The translations under genes were made by a program, and so were the position numbers. From Pseudomonas phage 201phi2-1, in sequence record NC_010821.1: DNA of 32,000 bases. The stretch is one strand, 5' to 3'. The notes below the pieces were generated by a model, which was given only the letters and a program-made list of their open reading frames with translations, did no database searches and was not told the origin of the DNA. Shown here piece after piece: positions 1 through 8,740 of this stretch; positions within the stretch are counted from its first letter, which is position 1; every line of letters begins with the position of its first letter.

Positions 1-272
1 TTCACGCTGTAGATGTATTGGATGCAATCAAAAACGAAGTCATGGTCTGGGTCGACGAACACGGGCGGTTCCAGGTTGATTTCAGTATCCTCGGTAAGCC
101 AGCTAGGGCTCGGATGCGTCTGGAAGAATGCGATGAGTGCAGTATTGACCTGTATGATGAACTGGGTCAGATCGACGGCAAACTGATTGTTGATTGCGAC
201 ACGGCCGAGGAGTACACTAAGCTCGCGGAACGTATGATCAGTTACCTGCATCTCCCACGCGATACCTTTTAA
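1..272 (+). CDS. Hypothetical protein, 5'-partial; the frame is open to the window edge (HAVDVLDAIKNEVMVWVDEHG...), so the TTG start at 18 is probably not the real start
   Basis: Open frame with no stop upstream of 18; followed by SD-like AAGGAA and the next gene. Confidence 0.7.
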   Translation, partial: HAVDVLDAIKNEVMVWVDEHGRFQVDFSILGKPARARMRLEECDECSIDLYDELGQIDGKLIVDCDTAEEYTKLAERMISYLHLPRDTF

Positions 273-287
273 CCCAAGGAACTTCTG

Positions 288-638
288 ATGTTCAATATCG
301 AAAACCGTGAGCAGGTCACAGATTCAGTTATTGCAGATGTATTGGAATACGCGCTGGTGGTCGGAGCGTACGACCCACTTATGGGACGTAAGTTCATGTG
401 TAGTGCACTGTCTCAGCTTTGGTGTGACAACGTGATTAGCAGTACTGTTAGACTCGCCTGTGTGAAAGTTGTTCTTTCCGCCATCCAAGGCGATATCACC
501 GTTGCCACATACCTGTTAAAAAACAATATGATTGACTATAACACTTTTGCATGTAAGGTTAGTCGTCATATGGAAACCTGCCGTCACTACTGGCGACTGA
601 TTCGTAAACTACGGGGTCAACCGGCCTTGGAGATCTAA
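288..638 (+). CDS. Hypothetical protein
   Basis: ORF 116 aa, upstream AAGGAAC, tightly packed with neighbours. Confidence 0.8.
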   Translation: MFNIENREQVTDSVIADVLEYALVVGAYDPLMGRKFMCSALSQLWCDNVISSTVRLACVKVVLSAIQGDITVATYLLKNNMIDYNTFACKVSRHMETCRHYWRLIRKLRGQPALEI

Positions 639-639
639 C

Positions 640-978
640 ATGTTAGAAGTCTATAATGCGTGGCTGGCGCTCCCATGGGGCGCCAAGCTTTTGTGTACCG
701 CCCCAATCATTGCGTTACCATTGATCTACTGTACTCACCCCAAACGAATGGGGATGGCGTGGTCACATGCTTGGACTCAACAAATCAACAAGGAGATATC
801 CGCTACCCGCAAGCAGCATAAAGGAGCAGTACGTAAAGCGGAAATGGTTGAAACGTTTTATCGGGTAAAAGCAAAGCTTGCATTGGAAACAGGGGAGTTT
901 GACTGCTACCCTGATATGACACCGGAACAACGCTACGTCTGGAATTATTTCCTAGAGCGTATACGCCCCCAACTTTAA
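640..978 (+). CDS. Hypothetical protein with an N-terminal hydrophobic helix
   Basis: ORF 112 aa; hydrophobic segment AKLLCTAPIIALPLIYC; starts one base after the previous stop. Confidence 0.75.
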   Translation: MLEVYNAWLALPWGAKLLCTAPIIALPLIYCTHPKRMGMAWSHAWTQQINKEISATRKQHKGAVRKAEMVETFYRVKAKLALETGEFDCYPDMTPEQRYVWNYFLERIRPQL

Positions 979-988
979 GGAACTGTCG

Positions 989-1201
989 ATGCGTCGTGAA
1001 ATCCGCGTCAACCCATACAAGTTCAATTATGGTGATGGTAAAGGTTCTCTGACCATCCTCATGGATATCGCAAAGGAAGTGGAGTGTGATGTCGACTATG
1101 GTAGTTGGAATAGTTGCGTTACCTACATGCCCGAAGATGATGTCCAGTTCAACAAAGTTACTGAGTTGTTGGACGCATTCGAATTCGAATACCGTAGTTG
1201 A
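989..1201 (+). CDS. Hypothetical protein
   Basis: ORF 70 aa, upstream TAAGGAAC. Confidence 0.75.
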   Translation: MRREIRVNPYKFNYGDGKGSLTILMDIAKEVECDVDYGSWNSCVTYMPEDDVQFNKVTELLDAFEFEYRS

Positions 1202-1224
1202 TGTAATAGAAGCCTTTTAAACGC

Positions 1225-1232
1225 TATATTAC
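1225..1232 (+). promoter_or_regulatory. Putative phage promoter core TATATTAC
   Basis: Exact octamer in a short intergenic gap; same octamer in the intergenic gap at 23230; resembles the phiKZ-like early promoter motif. Confidence 0.4.
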
Positions 1233-1268
1233 ATTTGTGAATTCAATATTAACCCAAGGAGCATTACC

Positions 1269-1379
1269 ATGGAAATTAAAGATGTTGTTAAACAAATTGA
1301 TACAGTCGTAGCCATCGGCGTTGGCGCCATCGCTACACTGGTTGTACTCACCGCAATCGTTCTTCCAAGCAAGCGCTAA
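1269..1379 (+). CDS. Small single-pass membrane protein (36 aa), absent from the ORF track: MEIKDVVKQIDTVVAIGVGAIATLVVLTAIVLPSKR
   Basis: ATG preceded by CCAAGGAGC; hydrophobic segment with C-terminal basic residues; fills the gap between genes. Confidence 0.7.
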   Translation: MEIKDVVKQIDTVVAIGVGAIATLVVLTAIVLPSKR

Positions 1380-1387
1380 GGTCCCCC

Positions 1388-1630
1388 ATGCAACTGACTA
1401 ACACTGTAACGGCTTGGACCAACCAGCTTCATCATGCATTGGGTAACAAGATCGAGGAAATGATTGTAGCTGATCTCCCATCGTTCGAAGCAGATGAAGA
1501 ACTCCGCGGTTTCTTCGATCAGACCTACCTGGATCTGTACCAGCACGAAGCTTGCCCTAAGGTGCGAGCCGAAGTGATTGCTGTGATCCAAGTGCATGAC
1601 CATAAGCTCTGCCGGATTCAAATGCATTAA
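1388..1630 (+). CDS. Hypothetical protein
   Basis: ORF 80 aa in the collinear gene array; antisense ORF 1376-1627 is its shadow. Confidence 0.65.
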   Translation: MQLTNTVTAWTNQLHHALGNKIEEMIVADLPSFEADEELRGFFDQTYLDLYQHEACPKVRAEVIAVIQVHDHKLCRIQMH

Positions 1631-1673
1631 AAATTGGACTCTGGTCCATCAACTTAAAGACTGGAGTATCCAA

Positions 1674-2018
1674 ATGTCCAAATTCAAAAATGCTGTAAAT
1701 ATTACATTGTTCACGATGGGTGTAGCCGGCCTGTTTGTAGACTTTTATAGTCGCAGCAAAAAGGCACATCTTCGCAACGAACATGATGACGTATCGAACT
1801 GGTTTACCATTCAGCGTCATCAGATCGACCTGCTTGAAATCCAAGCCTGCTTGTCCGGCCAAGGTCCAGCTAAGTTGGTTGAGAATCTGGCGGGTGTTAA
1901 GAACATCATCGCTTACGAAAGTATCGATCGTTTCCCAGGTAGTCCAGATGCCGCTGGCGCGCTGACGAACCTGAATGATTACATTGACGAAATCATCAAA
2001 AGATATCAAGGAGTATAA
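1674..2018 (+). CDS. Hypothetical protein (MSKFKNAVNITLFTMGVAGLFVDFYSRSKK...), probable N-terminal membrane helix
   Basis: Longer ORF 1596-2018; internal ATG at 1674 gives a start consistent with the preceding stop at 1630. Confidence 0.65.
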   Translation: MSKFKNAVNITLFTMGVAGLFVDFYSRSKKAHLRNEHDDVSNWFTIQRHQIDLLEIQACLSGQGPAKLVENLAGVKNIIAYESIDRFPGSPDAAGALTNLNDYIDEIIKRYQGV

Positions 2019-2019
2019 A

Positions 2020-2256
2020 ATGGTTTTCAACCCCAAGAAGGAAGGCAATAAACTGGTCTACTGCACTCGCAACGCAAAAGTCGTTGCTGCTAAAGATCTG
2101 TGGCCTGAACTGGACAACACTGACGGCATCAACGTACTGCAAGCCGAGCACTATGTTCATGACGAGTGGCACCCAATCCGTACATCCATGATCGTTGACA
2201 TCCGTGGCAACGATTACGAAACCCGCAATTCCATCTACCGCGTTATCGATAAGTAA
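2020..2256 (+). CDS. Hypothetical protein (MVFNPKKEGNKLVYC...)
   Basis: ORF 1975-2256 with the likely start at 2020, just after the 2018 stop and preceded by AAGGAG. Confidence 0.75.
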   Translation: MVFNPKKEGNKLVYCTRNAKVVAAKDLWPELDNTDGINVLQAEHYVHDEWHPIRTSMIVDIRGNDYETRNSIYRVIDK

Positions 2257-2266
2257 GGAATCGAGT

Positions 2267-2653
2267 ATGTCTCGTAAGAACAGTACCATCATCGCTATCG
2301 CGGTACATCCGAAACTCAGTATCGGTGACAAGTTCTATCGCGTTGGTTACAGTGGCGTGACCGAGATCGAACTGACCACCAAACCGTTTTGGTACAGCTA
2401 CAAGAGTTTCCCAGGTGGTCATTGGGAAATAGGCTTTAAGTCAGTGAGTCAGTCTGAAGGATCGTTTAATAAAACCATGATCCTGGCCGATGAAGGTTTC
2501 ACCGGTTTCGTTTATGACGATCGACCAAATCGTCTGGTGAAGAATGCAGAGGACATCGTGCAAGCGCAGATGGCTTACGATGCTTGGCTGGACCTTTCCA
2601 ATCAGGAAGCGGAATTCTACACCCGTTCAGCTGACTACCACGACGGCTATTAA
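2267..2653 (+). CDS. Hypothetical protein (MSRKNSTIIAIAVHPKLSIG...)
   Basis: ORF 2195-2653 with the likely start at 2267 after AAGGAATCG. Confidence 0.75.
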   Translation: MSRKNSTIIAIAVHPKLSIGDKFYRVGYSGVTEIELTTKPFWYSYKSFPGGHWEIGFKSVSQSEGSFNKTMILADEGFTGFVYDDRPNRLVKNAEDIVQAQMAYDAWLDLSNQEAEFYTRSADYHDGY

Positions 2654-2696
2654 GCCATCCCGTAATAAATCAAAACTAACTAAGGAGCAATATCAA

Positions 2697-2930
2697 ATGT
2701 TTAATACTACTCATATCGGCGACACCATGATCCTGACTCCAGATGTAGTTCGCATGACGCCTGAGCGTGAGCAGGCCATTCGCGACTTCACCGCTGAGCA
2801 CGGTTCCGTAGTGAGCGCTTCCATCGACACGAATGTTGACGGTACCCTGAAATCTGTCGATCTGTTCGGCGGTAACAAGGCTACCCGTGAATCGTTCCGT
2901 GAGTCGTTGGCAAAAGTGGCTCTCTACTGA
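2697..2930 (+). CDS. Hypothetical protein (MFNTTHIGDTMILTPDVVR...)
   Basis: ORF 2544-2930 with the likely start at 2697 after TAAGGAGC. Confidence 0.75.
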   Translation: MFNTTHIGDTMILTPDVVRMTPEREQAIRDFTAEHGSVVSASIDTNVDGTLKSVDLFGGNKATRESFRESLAKVALY

Positions 2931-2941
2931 GCCGGGGTGCA

Positions 2942-2963
2942 TTGGGGACCATCGGGTCCCCAA
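2942..2963 (+). terminator. Intergenic hairpin TTGGGGACC-ATCG-GGTCCCCAA
   Basis: Perfect 9-bp inverted repeat 12 nt after a stop codon; T-run (TTATTTTTT) begins about 9 nt downstream. Confidence 0.55.
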
Positions 2964-2994
2964 GCATTAACTTATTTTTTCGGAGTTTTTGGTA

Positions 2995-3696
2995 ATGGAG
3001 CTTTATCGCGATTTGGTATTCAAGCGTAACATTCATGGATACGCTGAAGAAACGCGTGTACAGTTGTACCGCACTCACATCCGTCAACTACCATTCTGGG
3101 TAGTGTACCACCCACATAACGAAGAACTTGATCTTCGCAAAGTTGAAAAGCTGGGTTCGTACTTCCTTGCTCCAGAAAGCGTGGTAGGTTATTTCAGGTC
3201 TTTCTATAACGCATGGGCAACCGGTAGTGAGTTCATCCCATCGATTGATATGACGGATGAAGCACTGCACGCACTGCGTAGCGCAAGACCTGACCCTAAT
3301 GGTCTGATGTACCGCGTCATCTACCGTAACCCGTTTGCCGACATCCCAGAGTGTGCGTTCGGCCATGGTTTATACGACATCGATGAACCGCGTTTTGTAT
3401 CTACCAAGACTAGTAGCATTGGTCATTGGTGTATCTACAACGAACACGTGGCAAAAGCAGTTACTCGCGTTCATGCTGCGATGCCTTTTAGCGGATACGT
3501 ATGGGACCGTCTTTGCAATAACCCTAGTGGTGGTTACATGGTAGTCCAAGCCACACCATTCAATCCGTCAGGAAACCCTATCGAGGGTGAAGAATGGCGT
3601 GACATTGAAGAGGCCCCCGTTTGGAACATTAGTGTTCGACTGGACTTCAATGCAGATATGTCTGATATAGAAACAATCTTTGAACTTAAACACTGA
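2995..3696 (+). CDS. Hypothetical protein
   Basis: ORF 2989-3696; ATG at 2995 preceded by CGGAG. Confidence 0.85.
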   Translation: MELYRDLVFKRNIHGYAEETRVQLYRTHIRQLPFWVVYHPHNEELDLRKVEKLGSYFLAPESVVGYFRSFYNAWATGSEFIPSIDMTDEALHALRSARPDPNGLMYRVIYRNPFADIPECAFGHGLYDIDEPRFVSTKTSSIGHWCIYNEHVAKAVTRVHAAMPFSGYVWDRLCNNPSGGYMVVQATPFNPSGNPIEGEEWRDIEEAPVWNISVRLDFNADMSDIETIFELKH

Positions 3697-3707
3697 GGAG
3701 GTAAAAC

Positions 3708-4187
3708 ATGCAGCATTATGGCATGGTCGCACAAAAGCTGGATCAACACAATACTTTTATGGAAACTGGACGTCGTCCATCCCTTCCGGGCCAGCAATAC
3801 AAAGTAGAATATCTTGAAAGTGCCGATAACCTGTATTCGGTTACATCCGACTGGCAAGGTTTCCCTAACTTCATGGTATGGAATGACGACCTCACGGTGA
3901 TCTTCGATCCAATCGGACATTTCAGCTCCAAAGAAGTATTCGATATCGTGTCTGGACATATGGCCAACATGACCGATGAAGAACGTAAACTGTTCGATCC
4001 TATTCTGATCCAGTTGATTACCCTCAATGGGATCAACCAGATCGTTCTCGGCGATGACTTCATCGAGATCTATACTCATGTCGCAGGTAAACAAAAACTG
4101 CTACTAGTCACCGTAATGAATATGATTGATACATCGGAACGATCGATCGACCGCATCCACTGGCGTAGTCGTTCCACACTTAACTAA
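3708..4187 (+). CDS. Hypothetical protein
   Basis: ORF 159 aa, upstream GAGGAGG. Confidence 0.85.
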   Translation: MQHYGMVAQKLDQHNTFMETGRRPSLPGQQYKVEYLESADNLYSVTSDWQGFPNFMVWNDDLTVIFDPIGHFSSKEVFDIVSGHMANMTDEERKLFDPILIQLITLNGINQIVLGDDFIEIYTHVAGKQKLLLVTVMNMIDTSERSIDRIHWRSRSTLN

Positions 4188-4188
4188 T

Positions 4189-4206
4189 TGGGGACTTTGG
4201 TCCCCA
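4189..4206 (+). terminator. Intergenic hairpin TGGGGAC-TTTG-GTCCCCA without a clear U-tract
   Basis: Perfect 7-bp inverted repeat directly after a stop codon. Confidence 0.4.
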
Positions 4207-4216
4207 TCGAGGGACC

Positions 4217-4486
4217 ATGATTCCTATTACGATCTTTAAACATACCTCGGGCGACTGGGTAGCTAATTGGGGCGGTCGCATTCACCATGTTACGTTTAAC
4301 CCAACCGATGATTTGACATTCGTGTCATTGGGGTTGACTGACTTTGGTGCCGTTAAGTTTGAACTAAACCCGCGTGGAGTGATCCTAGGGGTTTATAATA
4401 ACCGCACGGAGCAACCGCTTGAAGAGCTTGCATTCCCAGTAAACCACTCACTGTACCGTGAGTTAAATATAGGTAGGCCTGTATGA
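4217..4486 (+). CDS. Hypothetical protein
   Basis: ORF 89 aa, collinear, upstream GAGGGA. Confidence 0.75.
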   Translation: MIPITIFKHTSGDWVANWGGRIHHVTFNPTDDLTFVSLGLTDFGAVKFELNPRGVILGVYNNRTEQPLEELAFPVNHSLYRELNIGRPV

Positions 4487-4935
4487 AAACCCGCTATGCA
4501 AAACGTGAAGGGTGTGTACCTGATTGGGCGTCATGCATCCGCACCAACCTTGCTCCACCTAGTTTCCAAAGGAAACCCATGACCATCGAATTGGATGATG
4601 GTTCCGTAGTCTGTGGAAGTCACCTTCATGCAGATGGTCGGCGTTTTAACTTCAGGGATGTTTACGGCACACCAGTCGATAAAGATTGGGAATACCTACA
4701 TATCACTCAGCTTAGCTATACCGCTGAGGATGGCAGTACCCAGATCGTCGAAGTAGACCCACGCAATCCACACATCATCAACAAAACTCACGTGACTACC
4801 AAAATGGGCTACGTGACTAAAGTTAATGGTAAGCGTTGGGGCGTGATGGTTCATCTGAACTGGCGTACCGGTGATACCCAAATCATTCCTGACCAAGGTT
4901 CCCCAATCACGGGTGCCTTGATCCAACTGATCTAA
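4483..4935 (+). CDS. Hypothetical protein (start either 4483 or 4579)
   Basis: ATGA overlap with the upstream gene; an alternative ATG at 4579 has an AGGAAA upstream. Confidence 0.75.
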   Translation: MKTRYAKREGCVPDWASCIRTNLAPPSFQRKPMTIELDDGSVVCGSHLHADGRRFNFRDVYGTPVDKDWEYLHITQLSYTAEDGSTQIVEVDPRNPHIINKTHVTTKMGYVTKVNGKRWGVMVHLNWRTGDTQIIPDQGSPITGALIQLI

Positions 4936-4938
4936 TAC

Positions 4939-4956
4939 GTCTCCCTTCGGGGAGAC
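4939..4956 (+). terminator. UUCG-tetraloop hairpin GTCTCCC-TTCG-GGGAGAC
   Basis: Perfect 7-bp stem right after a stop codon; weak T-rich tail. Confidence 0.5.
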
Positions 4957-4977
4957 TTCTATTCCTTAGGAGTCAAT

Positions 4978-5142
4978 ATGCTATCAGATGATGCATGGGA
5001 TAAGTTATGCGATGAACTGAAAAAGAATCCTATCCCTGCGGTGCGTGTAGCCACATTCCCACAGCGCGATGCACCTATGGTCATGACTGACAAATGTAGT
5101 GGTATTTATCCGATCCGTGAACTTAAAAAGGACCGTAAGTAA
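4978..5142 (+). CDS. Small hypothetical protein (54 aa), absent from the ORF track: MLSDDAWDKLCDELKKNPIPAVRVATFPQRDAPMVMTDKCSGIYPIRELKKDRK
   Basis: ATG after TTAGGAG; TAATG overlap with the next gene at 5142. Confidence 0.75.
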   Translation: MLSDDAWDKLCDELKKNPIPAVRVATFPQRDAPMVMTDKCSGIYPIRELKKDRK

Positions 5143-5489
5143 TGTACGTCGAATTTTTCAATATCTCAACGCAAAAATGTTATTACCTGTGCGGTACCCT
5201 GGCAGACCCAGTTGCCATAGTGTACAAGCGCAATGTAACTGACATGATGTTGAAACTTGATGTTGAGATGAAAGTTATGGACGTGTTCGATATTGTCCGT
5301 CCAGTGGTGGATCGACTCATAGAAGTTGAAGGTAGTGGTTTCTGGGTGGTAAAGATCTTCGACTTCACGGACGAATCTACTACAAGTATAACCAGACACC
5401 GTCTCACCAAAGAATACGGAATCTACCGTGTAGGTGAACCAACTTATATTGATGGCGTCCTGCAACCAACGAAATTCATTTCGGTTTAG
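5142..5489 (+). CDS. Hypothetical protein
   Basis: ORF 115 aa, TAATG-coupled to the upstream gene. Confidence 0.75.
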   Translation: MYVEFFNISTQKCYYLCGTLADPVAIVYKRNVTDMMLKLDVEMKVMDVFDIVRPVVDRLIEVEGSGFWVVKIFDFTDESTTSITRHRLTKEYGIYRVGEPTYIDGVLQPTKFISV

Positions 5490-5600
5490 CAGTAGAATCA
5501 AAATCACATTTACATTATAGACCAGCAGTAAACAAACTAATACTATCCCCGAATCATCGTGGAGTAAGTTTATGGCTAAAATTAGAAATGGGGAAACGAA

Positions 5601-5879
5601 ATGGGTTGGTTTAGAGAAGTCGCTGGATTGATTGATCACGTTGCAAAGTCTGACGTCGTACGTGGCATGATTCTACAAGCGAACAGTGATATCTATCTAC
5701 ATAAGACAGATCGTGAAAACGGTTATACCGAAGTTAAGTATGCAAACGAAGGTGACGATCTTGAAGTCCTTTGTGAGGATCTTGAGATCGAAGGGGGCTT
5801 TCGCGTAATCAATCGTGACAATCATGACCAAATCGAAACGGTACAACTAACTGATCTTGATGATGGGAGTCATTCATGA
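5601..5879 (+). CDS. Hypothetical protein
   Basis: ORF 92 aa, ATGA overlap with the next gene. Confidence 0.7.
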   Translation: MGWFREVAGLIDHVAKSDVVRGMILQANSDIYLHKTDRENGYTEVKYANEGDDLEVLCEDLEIEGGFRVINRDNHDQIETVQLTDLDDGSHS

Positions 5880-6070
5880 AACGTGCACGTCTAAAAGAAG
5901 CAATCGTTAATGTTGTATTGGATATACCTATCACCTTGGCTCCAGCTGGTGCGGAAGTAACGATCCTTGAAGATAATGGTTCCAACTATGAAGTTGCTTA
6001 TTATGGCGGGGAATCGCCTTCGACGACTTTCTATGTCCGTCCTAACCAAGTGGAGCTGATCAATGAGTAA
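5876..6070 (+). CDS. Small hypothetical protein
   Basis: ATGA overlap with the upstream gene; overlaps the next start. Confidence 0.7.
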   Translation: MKRARLKEAIVNVVLDIPITLAPAGAEVTILEDNGSNYEVAYYGGESPSTTFYVRPNQVELINE

Positions 6071-6629
6071 TCCTCCTTTTATCTCAAGTCATCAAGCGAG
6101 ACAGCAGGTTGTTGATGCAATTGAACAGGTGACAAGTCGCATTGATACATTTGGCTTCGCTATCTGGCCATTGATGCCCTACACTGAACGAGGTATCCCA
6201 CCAGGCTTCATTACCATTGGCTGCACCAAGATTGGTATCCCTGAGTTCTACGTATCGGGTATTCCGGCACACTCTGATGAAGCTGATCAGCTCATTAAAA
6301 CCCTGCGTGAGTTCTACAGCTATGCTCGTGACAATGCAATGGGTATAGAGCCGATGGAATTGTGTCATATGGTCAACACCCGTGATGAAGGTCAGATTGT
6401 CCCACAATACCAATATCGGCCAGTAGACTCTGAGCGGCTGATGTATGGTCAGTGCACTATCTTGCGTCACTGGGCAGAGTCGGTCGGACTGAAAGAACAG
6501 GTGATGGGTGTTCAGATTGTACATCGCCAGACACCAGAAGCTGACTTCCCTATGTACTCAACCCCAGCCCAACTGTTGTTGGATTGGACTCCATTCGGAT
6601 TTAAACAAGAGGTTGTAACGGGGGTTTAA
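6063..6629 (+). CDS. Hypothetical protein
   Basis: ORF 188 aa, overlapping start. Confidence 0.8.
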   Translation: MSNPPFISSHQARQQVVDAIEQVTSRIDTFGFAIWPLMPYTERGIPPGFITIGCTKIGIPEFYVSGIPAHSDEADQLIKTLREFYSYARDNAMGIEPMELCHMVNTRDEGQIVPQYQYRPVDSERLMYGQCTILRHWAESVGLKEQVMGVQIVHRQTPEADFPMYSTPAQLLLDWTPFGFKQEVVTGV

Positions 6630-6973
6630 TGGTACTAGAAGACATCAACGTTGCGCGTCCACGTTACTTACAGTGGACGCTCTTTAGGGATTACCATTAC
6701 GCTGTGTTCAACGAGCGTGGGGAAATGGTTATGATCCTGGTGATGACTAAAGGTACCTTGCGTAGTTACTGGGTTAAAGAGTTAAATCCTAAAACACAAA
6801 ACGTGGTTTATGAAAACCATGAGATCCATGCTCGGATGATGGCTTGCCGTTACATACGTGAGTCTGAAGATCTGGTTGCAAAGCTTGAGTCAGAGCAACC
6901 ACCCGGACAGTACTTCCTTTCGGTTGTTAACGCATCGGGTAAAAGACTTTACAACATTTCGATCTGGATCTAA
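6629..6973 (+). CDS. Hypothetical protein
   Basis: TAATG overlap with the upstream gene. Confidence 0.75.
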   Translation: MVLEDINVARPRYLQWTLFRDYHYAVFNERGEMVMILVMTKGTLRSYWVKELNPKTQNVVYENHEIHARMMACRYIRESEDLVAKLESEQPPGQYFLSVVNASGKRLYNISIWI

Positions 6974-7024
6974 GTTTTACCGAACAGCTTGATACTCTGT
7001 ATTAAACCATTAAGAGGCTATGAG

Positions 7025-7573
7025 ATGACACAGGTTCTTCGCGTTGGTAAGTTCTCCGGTAAATATGAATTCCTCGATAAGGAAGCGCAAGTTATCAGTC
7101 CAGAGACTGGTTCTGGACTGATTTCATCGGAGGATGCCGATGTTCTGTTGGAACGGATTCGTCAAGGGTATCAGTACATTCCAGGTGGCCACTATATTCT
7201 GCGTCTTGAAGACGTCGGTGGTATGGACGGCTATTTTGAATTTACTGAGATGATTACCTTCGACACAGATGACGATGGTTATGCGATCCCTCGCCATACT
7301 CAGCTGGTTACCCAGGCTGCGTTTGATGCCCCATTCTCCGATCACAACCAGATCCTTACAGCTAACGCCTTTATCGATTACGCTGAGCGTGTGATTCGTT
7401 GGATGAATAATCCAATCGGTTTTGATCAATATGTGTATGATCCAGCGCAAGCTGTGAAGGCATGTGATATCGATGACGACGTGGCTGTACTCATGACAGT
7501 CGGGGCACGTTATCTGATGCGCGATAAACCAACTCATTACTCTCTGATCCCTACGCGGTTCTACGTGAGGTAA
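7025..7573 (+). CDS. Hypothetical protein (MTQVLRVGKFSGKYEFLD...)
   Basis: ORF 6989-7573; the ATG at 7025 preceded by AAGAGG is the better start. Confidence 0.8.
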   Translation: MTQVLRVGKFSGKYEFLDKEAQVISPETGSGLISSEDADVLLERIRQGYQYIPGGHYILRLEDVGGMDGYFEFTEMITFDTDDDGYAIPRHTQLVTQAAFDAPFSDHNQILTANAFIDYAERVIRWMNNPIGFDQYVYDPAQAVKACDIDDDVAVLMTVGARYLMRDKPTHYSLIPTRFYVR

Positions 7574-7575
7574 CT

Positions 7576-8091
7576 ATGGATACACCTAAGGTTCTCTACC
7601 ATGGGTCGCTTTATAAACAGAATGAACTCATGCCAGGCATTAAACGCTCGGGTGAGCTCACTGTATGGGATGGGGTAGAGACCAACCAGAATCTTTACGC
7701 TACTACTGACCCACAGGAAGCTGCTTTACTGGGGATAGGTTCAGCAGCCGAGAAGACGTTTGATACAGATCGGTTTATTGAACTGGACGGTAACATCTGG
7801 TTGTTTACACAAACCCAGATCGACATCAACGATTTCTTGGAGATGGTTATCTATCGATACACCATTCCGGTTCGGCCACAAGATGGTTGGACCAAGAACA
7901 ACAACCCGTACAACAATATTGATACTGAGTGGATCACACAGAAAACCATCCATGGTGTAAAGTGTGAGAAACTCGATATCCGTAAAGTAATGCGTGGGCA
8001 TACTGTGACAGTAACTCAAGCTCCGGTCGACGTAAGTTTACCTGAGATTACTACTCGTTATGGTAGCGATACAAAAGTGTATAAACTGTGA
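7576..8091 (+). CDS. Putative ADP-ribosyltransferase-fold protein (Arr-like pattern)
   Basis: N-terminus LYHGSLYKQNELMPG...YATTDPQEAALLG resembles the Arr/ART-type HG...LkPG...YlTatldaA pattern; recall only, no search run. Confidence 0.45.
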   Translation: MDTPKVLYHGSLYKQNELMPGIKRSGELTVWDGVETNQNLYATTDPQEAALLGIGSAAEKTFDTDRFIELDGNIWLFTQTQIDINDFLEMVIYRYTIPVRPQDGWTKNNNPYNNIDTEWITQKTIHGVKCEKLDIRKVMRGHTVTVTQAPVDVSLPEITTRYGSDTKVYKL

Positions 8092-8108
8092 GTGGCTTAG
8101 CCACTCAC
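8088..8108 (+). terminator. Hairpin GTGAGTGGC-TTA-GCCACTCAC overlapping the stop codon
   Basis: Perfect 9-bp inverted repeat. Confidence 0.45.
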
Positions 8109-8129
8109 TTATTCCGTTAAGGATACAAT

Positions 8130-8381
8130 ATGGATTTTTGGTCTGGACTGTTTATAGCGTTCTCGGGTGGTGCGTGTGTATACGCTTCACTGGGACTGAT
8201 GTTGATTTATCGATATTGGTTTGAATCAGGTGCTAACCGTGGTGAAATCGCATGCACTCTTCGGGGTGTGGGGTTAACATTGATGGTGGGCATTTTGGTT
8301 CCAGCCATTTTACTAACACTGCACCTCACCGAGGTGATTACAATGTGGCGAGTCGGTTATGAGATCTTACGAGTACAATGA
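8130..8381 (+). CDS. Small membrane protein, two predicted TM helices
   Basis: ORF 83 aa with hydrophobic segments LFIAFSGGACVYASLGLMLIY and GLTLMVGILVPAILLTL. Confidence 0.75.
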   Translation: MDFWSGLFIAFSGGACVYASLGLMLIYRYWFESGANRGEIACTLRGVGLTLMVGILVPAILLTLHLTEVITMWRVGYEILRVQ

Positions 8382-8490
8382 CGAAGACTTCGAGCGGTTT
8401 GTTTTAGGTAGTACAGGTAACATGGGGCCGGGCGGTTTTATCGCTTTGGTTATCTTGATTCTTGTTTGTTTGATATGGTGGTTTAAATGA
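8359..8490 (+). CDS. Small single-pass membrane protein (43 aa), absent from the ORF track: MRSYEYNDEDFERFVLGSTGNMGPGGFIALVILILVCLIWWFK
   Basis: ATG overlapping the end of the upstream gene and an ATGA overlap with the next gene at 8487. Confidence 0.65.
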   Translation: MRSYEYNDEDFERFVLGSTGNMGPGGFIALVILILVCLIWWFK

Positions 8491-8729
8491 GTCAGTCGGC
8501 ACCTAGATTCACGTTTTCAAATGTGCTGGAGCTACCATGTGGCACCACTACTGATTCACCCATCATTCGTATTCCACTGCGTGAAGAGTACCGGAGTAAG
8601 TTCAATGCCGCAGCGGCTCGGGATATTTTGAACTCCTTTAGCTTTGACGATATAAAGATCGTACTCTTGGATTACCCAGAGTACGGCCCATTCGATAAAG
8701 TTGTTGGCTTTTCGGTACAACCAAAATAA
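8487..8729 (+). CDS. Hypothetical protein
   Basis: ORF 80 aa, ATGA-coupled. Confidence 0.75.
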   Translation: MSQSAPRFTFSNVLELPCGTTTDSPIIRIPLREEYRSKFNAAAARDILNSFSFDDIKIVLLDYPEYGPFDKVVGFSVQPK

Positions 8730-8740
8730 GAAGGGCATCT

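Noticed and set aside
3534-4094. Minus-strand ORF of 186 aa (also 12856-13416, 5166-5639, 6084-6524 and others)
   Set aside because: Antisense to collinear + genes, no minus-strand context; shadow ORFs.
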